Source: Macrostomum lignano
Lineage: Eukaryota
DNA length: 64,000 bases
Assembly (NCBI GenBank): GCA_002269645.1
Contig: NIVC01003295.1
Location: 42,027-106,026 of the forward strand
Reading direction: 5' to 3'
Part shown: positions 1-11,465 of the stretch, in pieces
Position numbering within the stretch: the first letter of the stretch is position 1
How the letters are laid out: every line of letters begins with the position of its first letter
Program-made: the position numbers and the translations under genes
Notes under the pieces: generated by a model
Seen by the model: the letters and a program-made list of their open reading frames with translations, nothing else
Told to the model about the DNA's origin: nothing
The model's database searches: none

Positions 1-660
1 GACCCGAACGAGCTGGCCAACTTCTACAACAACCCGATGGCGCCTCATCCGCACATGCCTCCGCATCACTACGGCCCCGGTGGTTACGGTCCGGCGCATC
101 ACCATCCACATCACATGCCGCCGCCACCACTGCCGCCGCAGCCGCAGCCTCCGATGTCTCATCCGCCACCACCTCATCATCATCCGCATGCTTACACGAC
201 TGGCCCGCCGCCACAGCACCACCAGCAGCAGGTGCCGCCACCGCCGCCTCTGCCGCCGCAGCAGCAGCAACAGCAGGGCGGCCGCAACAACCGCCTAAGC
301 GGTCGTGTTGGCGGCGGACTGGCTGGTTACAATCCTCCAATCGGGGCGCAGCAGCCGTCTGGTCAGATGCGCGGCGGCGGTCGCGGCGCCCGCAACAACG
401 GCGGAATGCGCTCGAGCACAGGCGGCAGCGCTAACGGTCAGCAGCAGCAACAGCAGCTGGCTCCTAACGCCGCAGGCGACGCCGGGCATATTAACAATAG
501 TGAGGGCATTAATAATGGTGGCGGAAATGCCGGCAAAGCCGGTGGTAGCAACGGTAATTGGCATCGAGGTGCTGCCCCGCGCGGCCAGCAGTATTATCAG
601 CAGCAGCAGCAGCAGCAAGCTCGCGGTGCCGGCGGCAGCTACACCCAGGCTACCGCTTAG
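1..660 (+). CDS. 3' terminal coding portion of a gene that begins before the window; Pro/His/Gln/Gly-rich low-complexity C-terminus
   Basis: Frame 1 is open from base 1 (DPNELANFYNNPMAPHPH...) to TAG at 658-660 with GC-rich coding-like composition. AATAAA at 700-705 and AT-rich UTR-like sequence follow. No folded domain is recognisable. Confidence 0.7.
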   Translation, partial: DPNELANFYNNPMAPHPHMPPHHYGPGGYGPAHHHPHHMPPPPLPPQPQPPMSHPPPPHHHPHAYTTGPPPQHHQQQVPPPPPLPPQQQQQQGGRNNRLSGRVGGGLAGYNPPIGAQQPSGQMRGGGRGARNNGGMRSSTGGSANGQQQQQQLAPNAAGDAGHINNSEGINNGGGNAGKAGGSNGNWHRGAAPRGQQYYQQQQQQQARGAGGSYTQATA

Positions 661-775
661 AATTATCGACACACAGGGGAAACCTATAATTTTTAGCCTA
701 ATAAATCTGTGCGCTATTCTCGTCAGCAGTAGACTAAATATTTAAGTTTGGACGAGACGAGAGACAAACCTTAGA

Positions 776-1095
776 GGGGGCACAGCTGCTAGTCTATATA
801 CACTAAAAACCTGTATGGTAGGCTGCTAGTGTATAATGAGGCCAGGTGACGTATCAGTTGATTGGTTCACTACCTATAGTAAAGAACGACCGCTTAGTGG
901 GGGCACAGGTGCTAGTCTTATATACTAAAAATGGCTTGTCTCTAAGTGGGTATGTTATCGTCTTCTATACACTAGAACTGTGCATGGTAGCTTTGTGAAT
1001 CCAGATCACGGATGATTTGATTGATTTACTATGTTTAAATTTAAAACTATATTCATTCTGAAGAACGACACCTTAAGGGGGGCACAGTTGCTAGT
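776..1095 (+). repeat. Three dispersed copies of GGGGGCACAGNTGCTAGT followed by CT(A/T)ATATAC(A)CTAAAAA-like sequence; Helitron-like 3' termini
   Basis: Copies at about 776-793, 899-916 and 1078-1095, each ending CTAG|T and preceded by a short imperfect palindrome (e.g. CCTTAAGG). Confidence 0.45.
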
Positions 1096-2532
1096 CTAAT
1101 ATACTAAAAAATACACAGGTTTTTTAGGCTAAAAATTCTCTAAAACTCTCAACGCAACTGCCGAAATGATATCAAGCGCGCCAAAATCTGACACATTTTT
1201 TTATTGTTTGTATTGATTGACGAATCTCGCGTTGTCGATATTTAGTTAGCGAATGAAGCCACAAGTGAAAGAGAAAGCAATTAGCAGAGAACATCACCAG
1301 TTGTACGCGTGTGTGTGATTGCTTGCTCACTCTGTAGTGAAATTCCAAGCGATCTGGCTATTTTTTGCCCATTTAAATGACTCTTGTGCCGCCGACTAAA
1401 GTGCGTCCACCCATCGCAATGTGGTCGCGACTTTTTTGCCCTTTATCCGGTAATAACAAGTTTTTTATATTATTTGCGTTAATTCTTTATTTAATTTCGT
1501 TTATACATTTATTTTTTGTCAAGCGCAGTTTTCCACCTTTTTTCCCTCTGGTCCGACTCTGTTGTATTCGCGTGGCTGATGCTTTTTTCCGGTCTGTCTT
1601 TTGTGTGCGTGTGGAATTTTTTTGTCGGCATTTAAGTCTTCTTGTTATCTATTTTTTGTTTGCTAGTTCGACTGTTGACTCTCCGCCGTAATAAAATTGC
1701 CCAAATTACTACTTTGCTAATTAATTTGCGTCAATAGTAACTTTATAATGTACTGTATTTGATTCTGATTAATAACGCATTAATTTCTATAAATGTAAAA
1801 CTCCTCGCGACTTGAATTTGTGTATAAAAATTGAACTTTTTCCTTATCAATACATCTATTAAACTGGCACTTGAATATAATTATCCACATGCTACTAATA
1901 GTAATATCATTATGGTGATTGGGTTATATTATAATTTACGAGTAGGCTTAACATTGTCTTCGTTTAATGGTTTTTTCTGCTCATTGCTGCTTATTGTAGT
2001 TTGTAACTTTTTCTTTATGAAAATTTCACTTCATCACTAATGCTGTTTTAAATAACCAGCTCGAAATTCGAGTAAAGAAATGTTTTCTTATTCTTTTTTT
2101 TCTTTTTAATTTTCAATTCTTTTTTTGATCGGTTTGACTTTCCGGCTCTTATTAATACTGCTTATAATTTTGTGCAAATGTTTGTACTGTATGCTCCTGT
2201 TCAGCCATATTTATTATTAATTATAATACTAATTATCAATAATTATGCTTCTGCTACCGAATTTTGTTAGAAAACTTTTTGTTGCAGTTCTAATGTTTTT
2301 TGTTCTAATTTTAATCATCAGGTTTCACTTGCAGTTTCACGCCGAGTTACTACTAATTACTACTAATAATAATCCTATGCGTCAGTTGTTCTCTCTTTTT
2401 TCAAGAAAAAGTAATCGGTTGCGTTTGTACTTTGTGTCACGCCGCTGTTTTGTTTAAAAATGACTCACTTGAGGGAATTTTCAGTCTTGGTTCTTTTGTT
2501 AATTGCTCTTCTTAATAAAGGTTGATAAAACC

Positions 2533-2965
2533 TCACCCTTGAAGGAAGTTCTTGTCCACGGAGTGACCTCACCGTTAAAGGAAGTTCTTGTCCACGGAGT
2601 GACCTCACCGTTAAGAAAGTTCTTGTCCACGGAGTGACCTGATCGTTAAAGGAAGTTCTTGTCCACGGAGTGACCTCACCGTTAAAGGAAGTTCTTGTCC
2701 ACTGAGTGACCTCACCGTTAAGAAAGTTCTTGTCCACGGAGTGACCTCACCGTTAAAAAAAGTTCTTGTCCACGGAGTGACCTCACTATTAAAGAAAGTT
2801 CTTGTCCACGGAGTGACCTCACCGTTAAAGGAAGTTCTTGTCCACGGAGTGACCTGATCGTTAAAGGAAGTTCTTGTTCACGGAGTGACCTCACTATTAA
2901 AGAAGGTTCTTGTCCACGGAGTGACCTCACCGTTTAAGAAAATTCTTGTCCATTGAGTGATCCGT
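2533..2965. repeat. Tandem minisatellite, ~36-bp unit (GAAGTTCTTGTCCACGGAGTGACCTCACCGTTAAAG)
   Basis: About 12 near-identical units visible directly. Confidence 0.95.
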
Positions 2966-3317
2966 CAGTTAAAGAAGTTTAATAACTACAAATGTATATC
3001 TATTTAAGATAGCCTAAGCTTAATCTGCATTAATCTGAAATGAAACTAGCATTATAGAAAATAAAACGCCAGATCGAGAAAACTTTTAACACAATACACG
3101 AATCTTAAATATTGTCCAAAGGAATGTTAAAGGACAAAGGAATGGTCGGACAGTTATAGATATCGTAAATCATATTTTAGGCCTGATAATTCGTGTCACA
3201 ATCTTGTTTAGACTAATTCAATTTATCGTGCTCACGAGAGTATAGTAAGGATCAATTAATGTAAGTTCGGCAGGATAAGGCAGTTTGATCAGTTTTATGC
3301 AGGCGGTTAGCGCAGAT

Positions 3318-4643
3318 TCATTTCTTTCCTAGAAGCGCAGTCTCCGCCGGCAGCAGTTTCCCGGAAAGGCGGCCCTCAGCGGCGGCCCGCAGCAGCCGCA
3401 GCGCCTGCCGAACGTCGTGGTGACTCACCTGAGCAGGCAGCCGTCGGATTCGAATGACTTCGTCGTCGCCTTCCTGACTGACCAGCAGCTGCAGTCTGTC
3501 GGCGAACCGGGCCTCCAGTCGGAAAGTCGCCGAGGTCAAGTCGAAGCTGCTCTGTCGCCGAACGAGGCCCAGCTGGATGAAGCGGATGGCGGCGGGGTCG
3601 TCCTCGCTGTTGAACAGCGCGCTGATCTGCCTCAGTGCGCCGTCAGCTGTCGCTGTCACGGCGGCTTCGATCACGGCGACTCTGAGAGGCCCGGCGAGAG
3701 ACTTCGGCAGCCCGAGCGAGCGGGTGAACACGGAGGCGAAGGCGGTTGCCATGGAGACTGGGATGCGGCGCAGAGTCTGGCTGGTAGCGGAAATGGCCAG
3801 GCGGTCGAATCCGGTTCTGACCAGCTCCACCAGCGTGGCGTTGCCGCCGTCCTCCGAGGTTGCAGCCGTTGGGCCTGCGGTCGTCGAAACCCCCAGCTGC
3901 AGTTCTTCCACCACCTCCGGTGCCTCGGGGGCATCGCTGGCGACCTCCTCGGCGGATCGGCGGCTGCGCAGCATGCCGGAGCTGGCGGCCACCCGACTTG
4001 CCGCGGCAGCGATGGCGAAGTGCCTCAGTCCAGCCTCCACCTGCCGCAGCTCCTCGGCCGTGAGGCCCCGCGGCACCTGCTGCGTCCAGGAGCGGCACCG
4101 TCTGATCAACCACCGGCGCTTGCAGCTTCGCATCGGCACAGGCGTTGTCTTGGCAACCAGCTGGGCGGTGGCGACGCTGTGCACGATGCCGAACTCCACG
4201 CTGACATCGTCGAGGCGCCGGCCAGCCCCGACGAAGGTCTCGTAGTGGCCGCGGCCGACCAGGGCGCTCACGGTGAAAGAGAACGTGTGGAAGGAGACGG
4301 AGCGAGCGAAGGCCAGGGCAGCCAGGCGGTTCGCCACCTCCTGAGGCAGTCCGCGAGACCTGATCGCCTGCTGCAACTCCTGCCGGGCCACCGAGCCCTG
4401 AACCAGCCGACTGCTGGCTTGCGGTGCCACCAGCAGACACGTCGGGCAGACCACTCCGCCAGGCAGGGGCGAAGCCAGCTGCCCCAGCTGACTGCGGAGC
4501 GCGCTGGATACTCCGGACTGAGCTGGGCGACTCAGCGCTCTGAAGGATGCGGGCTGAGGGCCGAAGCGCCTGGCAGACAGGGACTGAAGGCAGCAGCAGC
4601 TGCTCACGAGCGCAAGCAGCAGAAGATTTTCGCTGCAGAGCAT
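3318..4643 (-). CDS. Intronless secreted protein of unknown family (~441 aa): signal peptide, two related domains, furin-type RSRR site
   Basis: Long non-repetitive ORF. Likely start is ATG at 4643 (MLCSENLLLLALVSSCCCLQSLSA, a hydrophobic signal peptide). TATAAATA lies at 4735-4728 on the minus strand; stop at 3318. Confidence 0.8.
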   Translation of the reverse strand: MLCSENLLLLALVSSCCCLQSLSARRFGPQPASFRALSRPAQSGVSSALRSQLGQLASPLPGGVVCPTCLLVAPQASSRLVQGSVARQELQQAIRSRGLPQEVANRLAALAFARSVSFHTFSFTVSALVGRGHYETFVGAGRRLDDVSVEFGIVHSVATAQLVAKTTPVPMRSCKRRWLIRRCRSWTQQVPRGLTAEELRQVEAGLRHFAIAAAASRVAASSGMLRSRRSAEEVASDAPEAPEVVEELQLGVSTTAGPTAATSEDGGNATLVELVRTGFDRLAISATSQTLRRIPVSMATAFASVFTRSLGLPKSLAGPLRVAVIEAAVTATADGALRQISALFNSEDDPAAIRFIQLGLVRRQSSFDLTSATFRLEARFADRLQLLVSQEGDDEVIRIRRLPAQVSHHDVRQALRLLRAAAEGRLSGKLLPAETALLGKK

Positions 4644-4727
4644 TCTGTTACTTGACTGGACAGCAGATTTTTTCAGAGAATACTGAAAAAAATTTGTTAT
4701 TGCCATGGGCCTCCTGCAGGGCTGCCG

Positions 4728-4735
4728 TATTTATA
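4728..4735 (-). promoter_or_regulatory. Candidate TATA box of the secreted-protein gene
   Basis: TATAAATA on the minus strand about 85 nt upstream of ATG 4643. Confidence 0.5.
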
Positions 4736-5044
4736 GTATCAGAAATCACCTTGACATGGACCTCTGCGGGGGCCACCGCTTTCACATCTCTTTCCACTTT
4801 TTTCCTGCGAATGCTTCTATTTCTGTTTCCTGTGCTTGGCCTTCCGAATAAGGTGTTGCCGATTTCCGTGTGTGCCCGGAGTACCAAATGTGACTCAAAT
4901 GCACCTTGAGCACCTGGTCGGCTGCAGAGCTTTCCGACTGATAAGACTCTTGCAGCCCACGCACTGGAACAAGTGGTTATAACTATTTTTAATTAGAATT
5001 CCCTTGTAGGTTGCCTAGACTGGACTTTGCGTTTTCCGAAGCTT

Positions 5045-5190
5045 GAGAGGGAGAGGGAGACAGCAGAGAGGGAGATGAAGACAGCAGAGAGGGGGAGGGA
5101 GACAGCAGAGAGGGAAAGGGAGACAGCAGAGAGGGAGAGGGAGACAGCAGAGAGGAAGAGGGAGACAGCGGAGAGGGGGAGAGAGAGGGA
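5045..5190. repeat. Purine-rich 21-bp tandem repeat (GAGAGGGAGAGGGAGACAGCA)
   Basis: About 6-7 units visible. Confidence 0.9.
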
Positions 5191-5849
5191 ACCAACCATG
5201 CAGCTAAAAGAACGTAGGTTTTCCATAGTTAAAATTAATAACTCTCCACACATTTATGGGACTATCTTGATTTCCTCAGTCAGGCCCGTGAATGCAAGCA
5301 AGCAGAATTTTGGCACACTCATAGCCGAATTCCTGTAGAAAGTTTTTGAAGTTGATTACTACTCGTGTGTGCGTGTACTTTTAGCTTGCGTGCAGTTTTT
5401 CAAGCACATTTCATTTCCCCGAGTCCCGCGCGCGCGTGTCGTGACGAAAGCCTGTTAACTTTTGGACAGGATAAAAATCAGCCAATTTTGATGAGCAAAT
5501 AAATGGCTGACTTCCTGTTGAATAAAATAGGAAATTGTGCTGCTAACAACGAGTCGTGTCGTAGCGGTTCGAATGGCGGTGGAGCAGTGCGATGCTTGGT
5601 ATCAGAATCTCATTCAGTCACTGGGCCGTGATCAAGCATTACTGATTGGAGGGTGCCTGTGCATATAAATTGCTTGGCTACTTTTTTTGCTGCTACTAAA
5701 CCGCAAGAAACTTCAAGCAACTCTGCTTTCTGGTGAGTTGACTTTTGTTGGATTGTTCTCTGTCTTCGATTGCGGCCCTGTACTAAGGGTCTTACTCTCT
5801 AACTGTAAGAATGTTGTCATGCAAAACAACCTTTGACACGTTTCGAAGA

Positions 5850-6180
5850 ACAGTCTGACACAGATATGACCCTGGTCTGACACAGATATGACCCTGTTCT
5901 GACACAGAGATGACCCTGGTCTGACACAGTTATGACCCTGTTCTGACACAGAGATGACCCTGGTCTGACACAGTTATGACCCTGTTCTGACACAGAGATG
6001 ACCCTGGTCTGACACAAATGTGACCCTATTCTGACACAGATCTGACCCCATTCTGACACAGATCTGACCCCATTCTGACACAGATCTGACCCCATTCTGA
6101 CACAGATCTGACCCCATTCTGACACAGATATGACCAAATTCTGACACAGACATGACGCTATTCTGACTCTGTTCTGACAT
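5850..6180. repeat. 22-bp minisatellite (CTGACACAGATATGACCCTGGT) upstream of DNase I
   Basis: About 14 units, degenerate towards the 3' end. Confidence 0.9.
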
Positions 6181-6289
6181 AAAATAATCTGACGCAGCCG
6201 ATGACCCTAGTCTGACACTGACGCGCATGCAGATACTGACAGAGTTCCTCTCACTCGACCCCAACAGTCTCCAATCGTGTCGGTCTCAG

Positions 6290-8202
6290 ATGAAGCCCGC
6301 AACTCTGATCCTAGCGATCTTCGCGCTGTCAGCTGCCGTCAGTCTCGACTGCATTCCCGGAACAGCCACTGCTTCCAGGCATTCCAGTAGTAGGCGGCAG
6401 CCGATTCGTTTCGGATCGTTCAACATCCAGATATTCGGCCGGAAGAAAGCGCGCGACGCATTCGTGATGAACAATCTGGCTAGGATTCTGAATCGCTACG
6501 ATATTTTGGTTGTCATGGAGATTCGCGATAAGAGGTTTCTGTTATTCAGATACTAGTTACAATATTACCGGGGGCCCGGGTTAAGAAGGCATAAAACAAA
6601 ACAATTTTAGTTGAAGTCCAAATTTCGATGAAAAATGTGTGACGGATTCAATTTAGACTACTGAGAAAAGTAGAAGAACGAAGATTTGAATTTTTAATTT
6701 TCTCACGTAGCTTGAAAAATGTCGGGGTCGTGTGGCTGCTGAGCTGAGCTGCTCGTCCCGTTCTTTGAATTCTCGCATCTGAAGCAAGGTGGTCCTTGGC
6801 GGCTAAACTGGACTGGAGTCCCGTGTCTAGAGGCGTTGATTGCGACCAAAGTTACGCACGCTCGCACGTCAATTTCTTCTGCTTTTTTCAGCGGCGAAGC
6901 TTTTAGAAAGCTGGTTGAACGGGCGAATCGGGATGAGCGAAGAGACCCGTTCAGTTACGTCATCAGCGTCAGAACGGGCCGCACGGTGAGAGAAACTGCT
7001 TTCATGGATTGTCAGATTTTAGCTGGAGAGATTGAATAGTTATTATTCGAATATGCATCAGCTATAGCTACATGTACAAAGACTAGTAACAGATATAACT
7101 ACAAAGACTTGATCACAGACAGGTGGCTACAAAGTTTTGATCACAGAGAGGTGGCTATAAAGACTTGATCACAGACCAGTAGCTACAAAGACTTGATCAC
7201 AGACCAATAGCTACAAAGACTTGATCACAGACCAGTAGCTACAAAGACTTGATCACAGACCAGTAGCTACAAAGACTTGATCACAGACAGGCAGCTACAA
7301 AGACTTGATCACAGACTAGTAGCTACAAAGACTCGATCACAGACCAGTAGCTACAAAGACTCGATCACAGACCAGTAGCTACAAAGACTCGATCACAGAC
7401 CAGTAGCTACAAAGACTCGATCACAGACAGGCAGCTACAAAGACTTGATCACAGACCAGTAGCTACAAAGACTTGATCACAGGTATCTACAAAGACTCGA
7501 GATCACAGACAGGTAGCTACAGAGACAGACAGGCAGCTACAAAGACTTGATCACAGGTATCTACAAAGACTCGAGATCACAGACAGGTAGCTACAGAGAC
7601 AGACAGGTAGCTACAAAGACTTGCTATTATCAAATTAACGCCACCCTCAATCACGCCAGGTAAGCAAAGAGCAATACGCCGTTCTCTACCGAGAATCCGT
7701 GGCCGAAGTTCTGTCCGAACGGACAGTGGCCGATTCCGGCGACCGATTCCAGCGCGAACCGTACGAAGTTCGACTGGCGTTGAGACCGGCCGGTCGGTGC
7801 TCATCCTCGACCACCGTACTCACGGTGGTTTGTCTGCACACGGAGCCAGACGCCTCGGTGGAAGAGCTCAACGCCCTGCACGACATGCTGCGTCCCAGAC
7901 GTCGCGAGAACCTCCTGATTGCCGGCGACCTGAACGCCGATTGTCGCTACGTGAACCGCGGCGAGATGGCCGCCCTGCCGCTGCGGCTCGATCCCGACTT
8001 TCTCTGGCTGATCGGCGACGGCGTGGACACGACTGTGAAGTCGACGGACTGCGCCTACGACCGGCTGATCGTCACGCACTCGGCCTACCAGCTCATGCCT
8101 GGTGCCAGGGTGTTCCGCTTCGATACGGAGTTCGGGTTGAGCACAGATCAAGCTGCTCAAATTAGCGATCATTATCCTGTGGAGCTGGAGATTCTATTGT
8201 AG
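6290..8202 (+). CDS. DNASE1: Secreted deoxyribonuclease I family protein; exons 6290-6534, 6892-6985, 7660-8202
   Basis: Signal peptide MKPATLILAIFALSAAVS. DNase I motifs FNIQIFG, EIRD, SKEQY, FQREPY, LHTEP, GDLNADC, DTT, YDRLIV and SDHYPVE. GT-AG junctions join in frame (DK|SGE; GRT|VSKEQY). Confidence 0.95.
7110..7620. repeat. 28-bp minisatellite in DNase I intron 2 (AGCTACAAAGACTTGATCACAGACCAGT)
   Basis: About 17 units visible. Confidence 0.95.
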
Positions 8203-8254
8203 AGCATGCGCTAAGCAACTCTGTACTAATTGCTGGTGGCATTGCGTGTCGGTT

Positions 8255-9287
8255 AAGGGTGCCATTTTTAGCAATTGGGTGTCATTTTTAGTATCTGGGT
8301 GCCATTTTTAGCAATTGGGTGCCATTTTTAGTATCTAGGTGCCTTTTGAGTAACTGGGTGCCATTTTTAGTATCTGGGTGCCATTTTTAGCAATTTGAGG
8401 CCATTTTTAGTATCTGGGTGCCATTTTTAGCAATTGGGTGCCATTTTTAGTATCTAGGTGCCTTTTGAGTAACTGGGTGCCATTTTTAGTATCTGGGTGC
8501 CATTTTTAGCAATTGGAGGCCATTTTTAGTATCTGGGTGCCATTTTTAGCAATTGGGTGCCATTTTTAGTATCTAGGTGCCTTTTGAGTAACTGGGTGCC
8601 ATTTTTAGTATCTGGGTGCCATTTTTAGCAATTGGAGGCCATTTTTAGTAACTGGGTGCCATTTTTTAGCAATTGGGTGCCATTTTTAGTATCTAGGTGC
8701 CTTTTGAGTAACTGGGTGCCATTTTTAGTATCTGGGTGCCATTTTTAGCAATTGGAGGCCATTTTTAGTATCTGGGTGCCATTTTTAGCAATTGGGTGCC
8801 ATTTTTAGTATCTTGGTGCCTTTTGAGTAACTGGGTGCCATTTTTAGTATCTGGGTGCCATTTTTAGTATCTGAGTGTTTTTTTAGCAATTGGGTGTCAT
8901 TTTTAGCAACTGGGTGCCATTTTAGCAATTGGGTGTAACTTTTAGCAATTGGGTGCCATTTTTAGCAATTGGGTGCCATTTTTAGCAATTGGGTGCCATT
9001 TTTAGCAATTGGGTGCCGTTTTTAGCAATTGGGTGCCCTTTTTAGCAATTGGGTGCCATTTTTAGCAATTGGGTACCATTTTTAGCAATTGGGTGCCATT
9101 TTTAGCAATTGGGTGCCATTTTTAGCATCTATGGTAGTTGGGTGCCTTTTTTACTATTTGGGTGCCATTTTTAGCAATTGGGTGCCATTTTTAGCAATTG
9201 GGTGCCATTTTTAGCAATTGGGTGCCGTTTTTAGCAATTGGGTGCCATTTTTAGCAATTGGGTGCCATTTTTAGCAATTGGGTACCT
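8255..9287. repeat. 20-bp satellite (GGGTGCCATTTTTAGCAATT) with a ~119-bp higher-order cycle in the 5' half
   Basis: The variant GTATCT(A/T)GGTGCC recurs at about 8331, 8450, 8569, 8689 and 8808; units are homogeneous after about 8940. Confidence 0.95.
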
Positions 9288-9514
9288 TTACTTTGAGCTC
9301 ACAAAATAAACTTTTTTAATGCTCCAGAAGTCTGACTCAACTGTTCTATTATAATTAGTTTGAATTATTTGATCCTCAGCTTCCCGAACCAAATATAATA
9401 ATTCAATGGTTTTTGTTTTGGCAATGATTTGGTTTAATTTGCATCTTGACTTCGTTCATTCAGTGACGTGAGATAAACTATTGCACTTCTCTTCTGGTTT
9501 CCTGGTTTCCCTCT

Positions 9515-9955
9515 CGCTCCCTCCTCTCCGCTCCCTCCTCTCCGCTCCCTCCTCTCCGCTCCCTCCTCTCCGCTCCCTCCTCTCCGCTCCCTCCTCTCCG
9601 CTCCCTTCTCGATCCGCTCCCTCCTCTCCGCTCCCTCCTCTCCGCTCCCTTCTCGATCCGCTCCCTCCTCTCCGCTCCCTCACCCCGCTCCCTCCCCTCC
9701 GCTCCCTCCCCTCCGCTCCCTCCCCTCCGCTCCCTCCCCTCCGCTCCCTCCCCTCCGCTCCCTCCCCTCCGCTCCCTCCCCTCCGCTCCCTCCCCTCCGC
9801 TCCCTCCCCTCTGCTCCCTCCTCTCCGCTCCCTCCTATCCGCTCCCTCCTCTCCGCTCCCTCCCCTCCGCTCCCTCCCCTCCGCTCCCTCCTCTCCGCTC
9901 CCTCCCCTCCGCTCCCTCCCCTCCGCTCCCTCCTCTCCGCTCCCTCCTCTCCCCC
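9515..9955. repeat. 14-bp CT-rich tandem repeat (CTCCCTCCTCTCCG)
   Basis: About 30 units. Confidence 0.95.
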
Positions 9956-10266
9956 TCTCTCTCTCTGCCCCCTCTGTCTCCGTGTGTCCCAATTGTAACA
10001 ACCAGTAAATTCTGTCTTAACAAACAATTTTCAAAACAGATACCTACTTTAACATGTTGCTGTATATTTATAGGAGGTGCAACTTTGATTGAATTTGATT
10101 TTAGGACGAGAAACCACGTACATGTGTGAGTACGTACTATTGTTACTTATTCCTAAACAGACTTCATGCAAAATGACTCCAGTCTACACTTCATGTACGA
10201 CCGTGTAATATTTCAAGTAGTTGTTTTTGCATCGTAAATACTCGTAGATGTACTCGATTTAAAATT

Positions 10267-11399
10267 TTAATCGCGTCGGAACCAGCGTTTAGCTGTGATG
10301 CCATCCCAGATTATTGTCTGAAAATTTGAACAAAATACGCTGTCTTTAAAGGAACAAGGAAGGAAGGAAGGAAGGAAGGAAGAAAGGAAGGAAGGAAGGA
10401 AGGAAGGAAGGAAGGAAGGAAGGAAGGAAGGAAGGAAGGAAGGAAGGAAGGAAGGAAGGAAGGCAGGAAGGAAGGAAGGAAGGAAGGAAGGAAGGAAGGA
10501 AGGAAGGAAGGAAGGAAGGAAGGAAGGAAGGAAGGAAGGAAGGAAGGAAGGAAGGAAGGAAGGAAGGAAGGAAGGAAGGAAGGAAGGAAGGAAGGAAGGA
10601 AGGAAGGAAGGAAGGAAGGAAGGAAGGAAGGAAGGAAGGAAGGAAGGAAGGAAGGAAGGAAGGAAGGAAGGAAGGAAGGAAGGAAGGAAGGAAGGAAGGA
10701 AGGAAGGAAGGAAGGAAGGAAGGAAGGAAGGAAGGAAGGAAGGAAGGAAGGAAGGAGGGAAGGAGGGAGGAAGGCAAGCAGGAAGGAAGGAAGGAAGGAA
10801 GGAAGGAAGGAAGGAAGGAAGGAAGGAAGGAAGGAAGGAAGGAAGAAGGCAAGCAGGAAGGAATGAAGGAAGGAAGGAAGGAAGGAAAAAACTATGAAAG
10901 AGTAGAAGTCAGAAAAAGTATCAACCTCACTAACCAGTAACAGTTCGCCATTGTCCAGCAGTTCTCGGACCTGCTTCCGCCCTGACCGCTTCAGCTCCTC
11001 AGCTGAAGCCGCTTCGCCCATGTGGATCACCAGCTTGCCGTCCTCCCAGCAGGCGAGGCACTGCACCGGGCAGCAATGATGGCTTGCTTGCTTGTGTGTT
11101 TACCAACTGGAGTAAAATATTTCATGTCAACTCAAGTTTTTTGATAAAGTTCTCACATTCAACTCTGTCGATGTTCCACGGTTCCACCTGGCGATGCTAT
11201 CGATTGGCAGCCTCGTCTCCGTGTTGATCACCAGTGACTTCACCGAGAGCTGCACTTCCTCGCTGCCTCCGCTGCTGGCGTCCTCGATGCTCACCGAGAC
11301 ATTGAGCTTGGAGCCCAGCTTCTTGCCGATCCAGGACACGCCTTGGTGTGGGGCAGGGGTCTGTCTGTCTGTATGTATGTCTGTCTGTCTGTCTGTCTT

Positions 11400-11465
<66 letters not shown>

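Noticed and set aside
1377-2457. Hydrophobic ORFs as membrane proteins
   Set aside because: T-rich UTR or intergenic sequence with non-ATG or weak starts and no splice support.
3417-4655. 412-aa plus-strand ORF antisense to the secreted protein
   Set aside because: A shadow ORF expected from GC-rich codon usage; the signal peptide and TATA box support the minus strand.
10311-11066. 251-aa ORF with an LPSF repeat as a membrane protein
   Set aside because: It is FABP exon 3 reading into the (GGAA)n intron.
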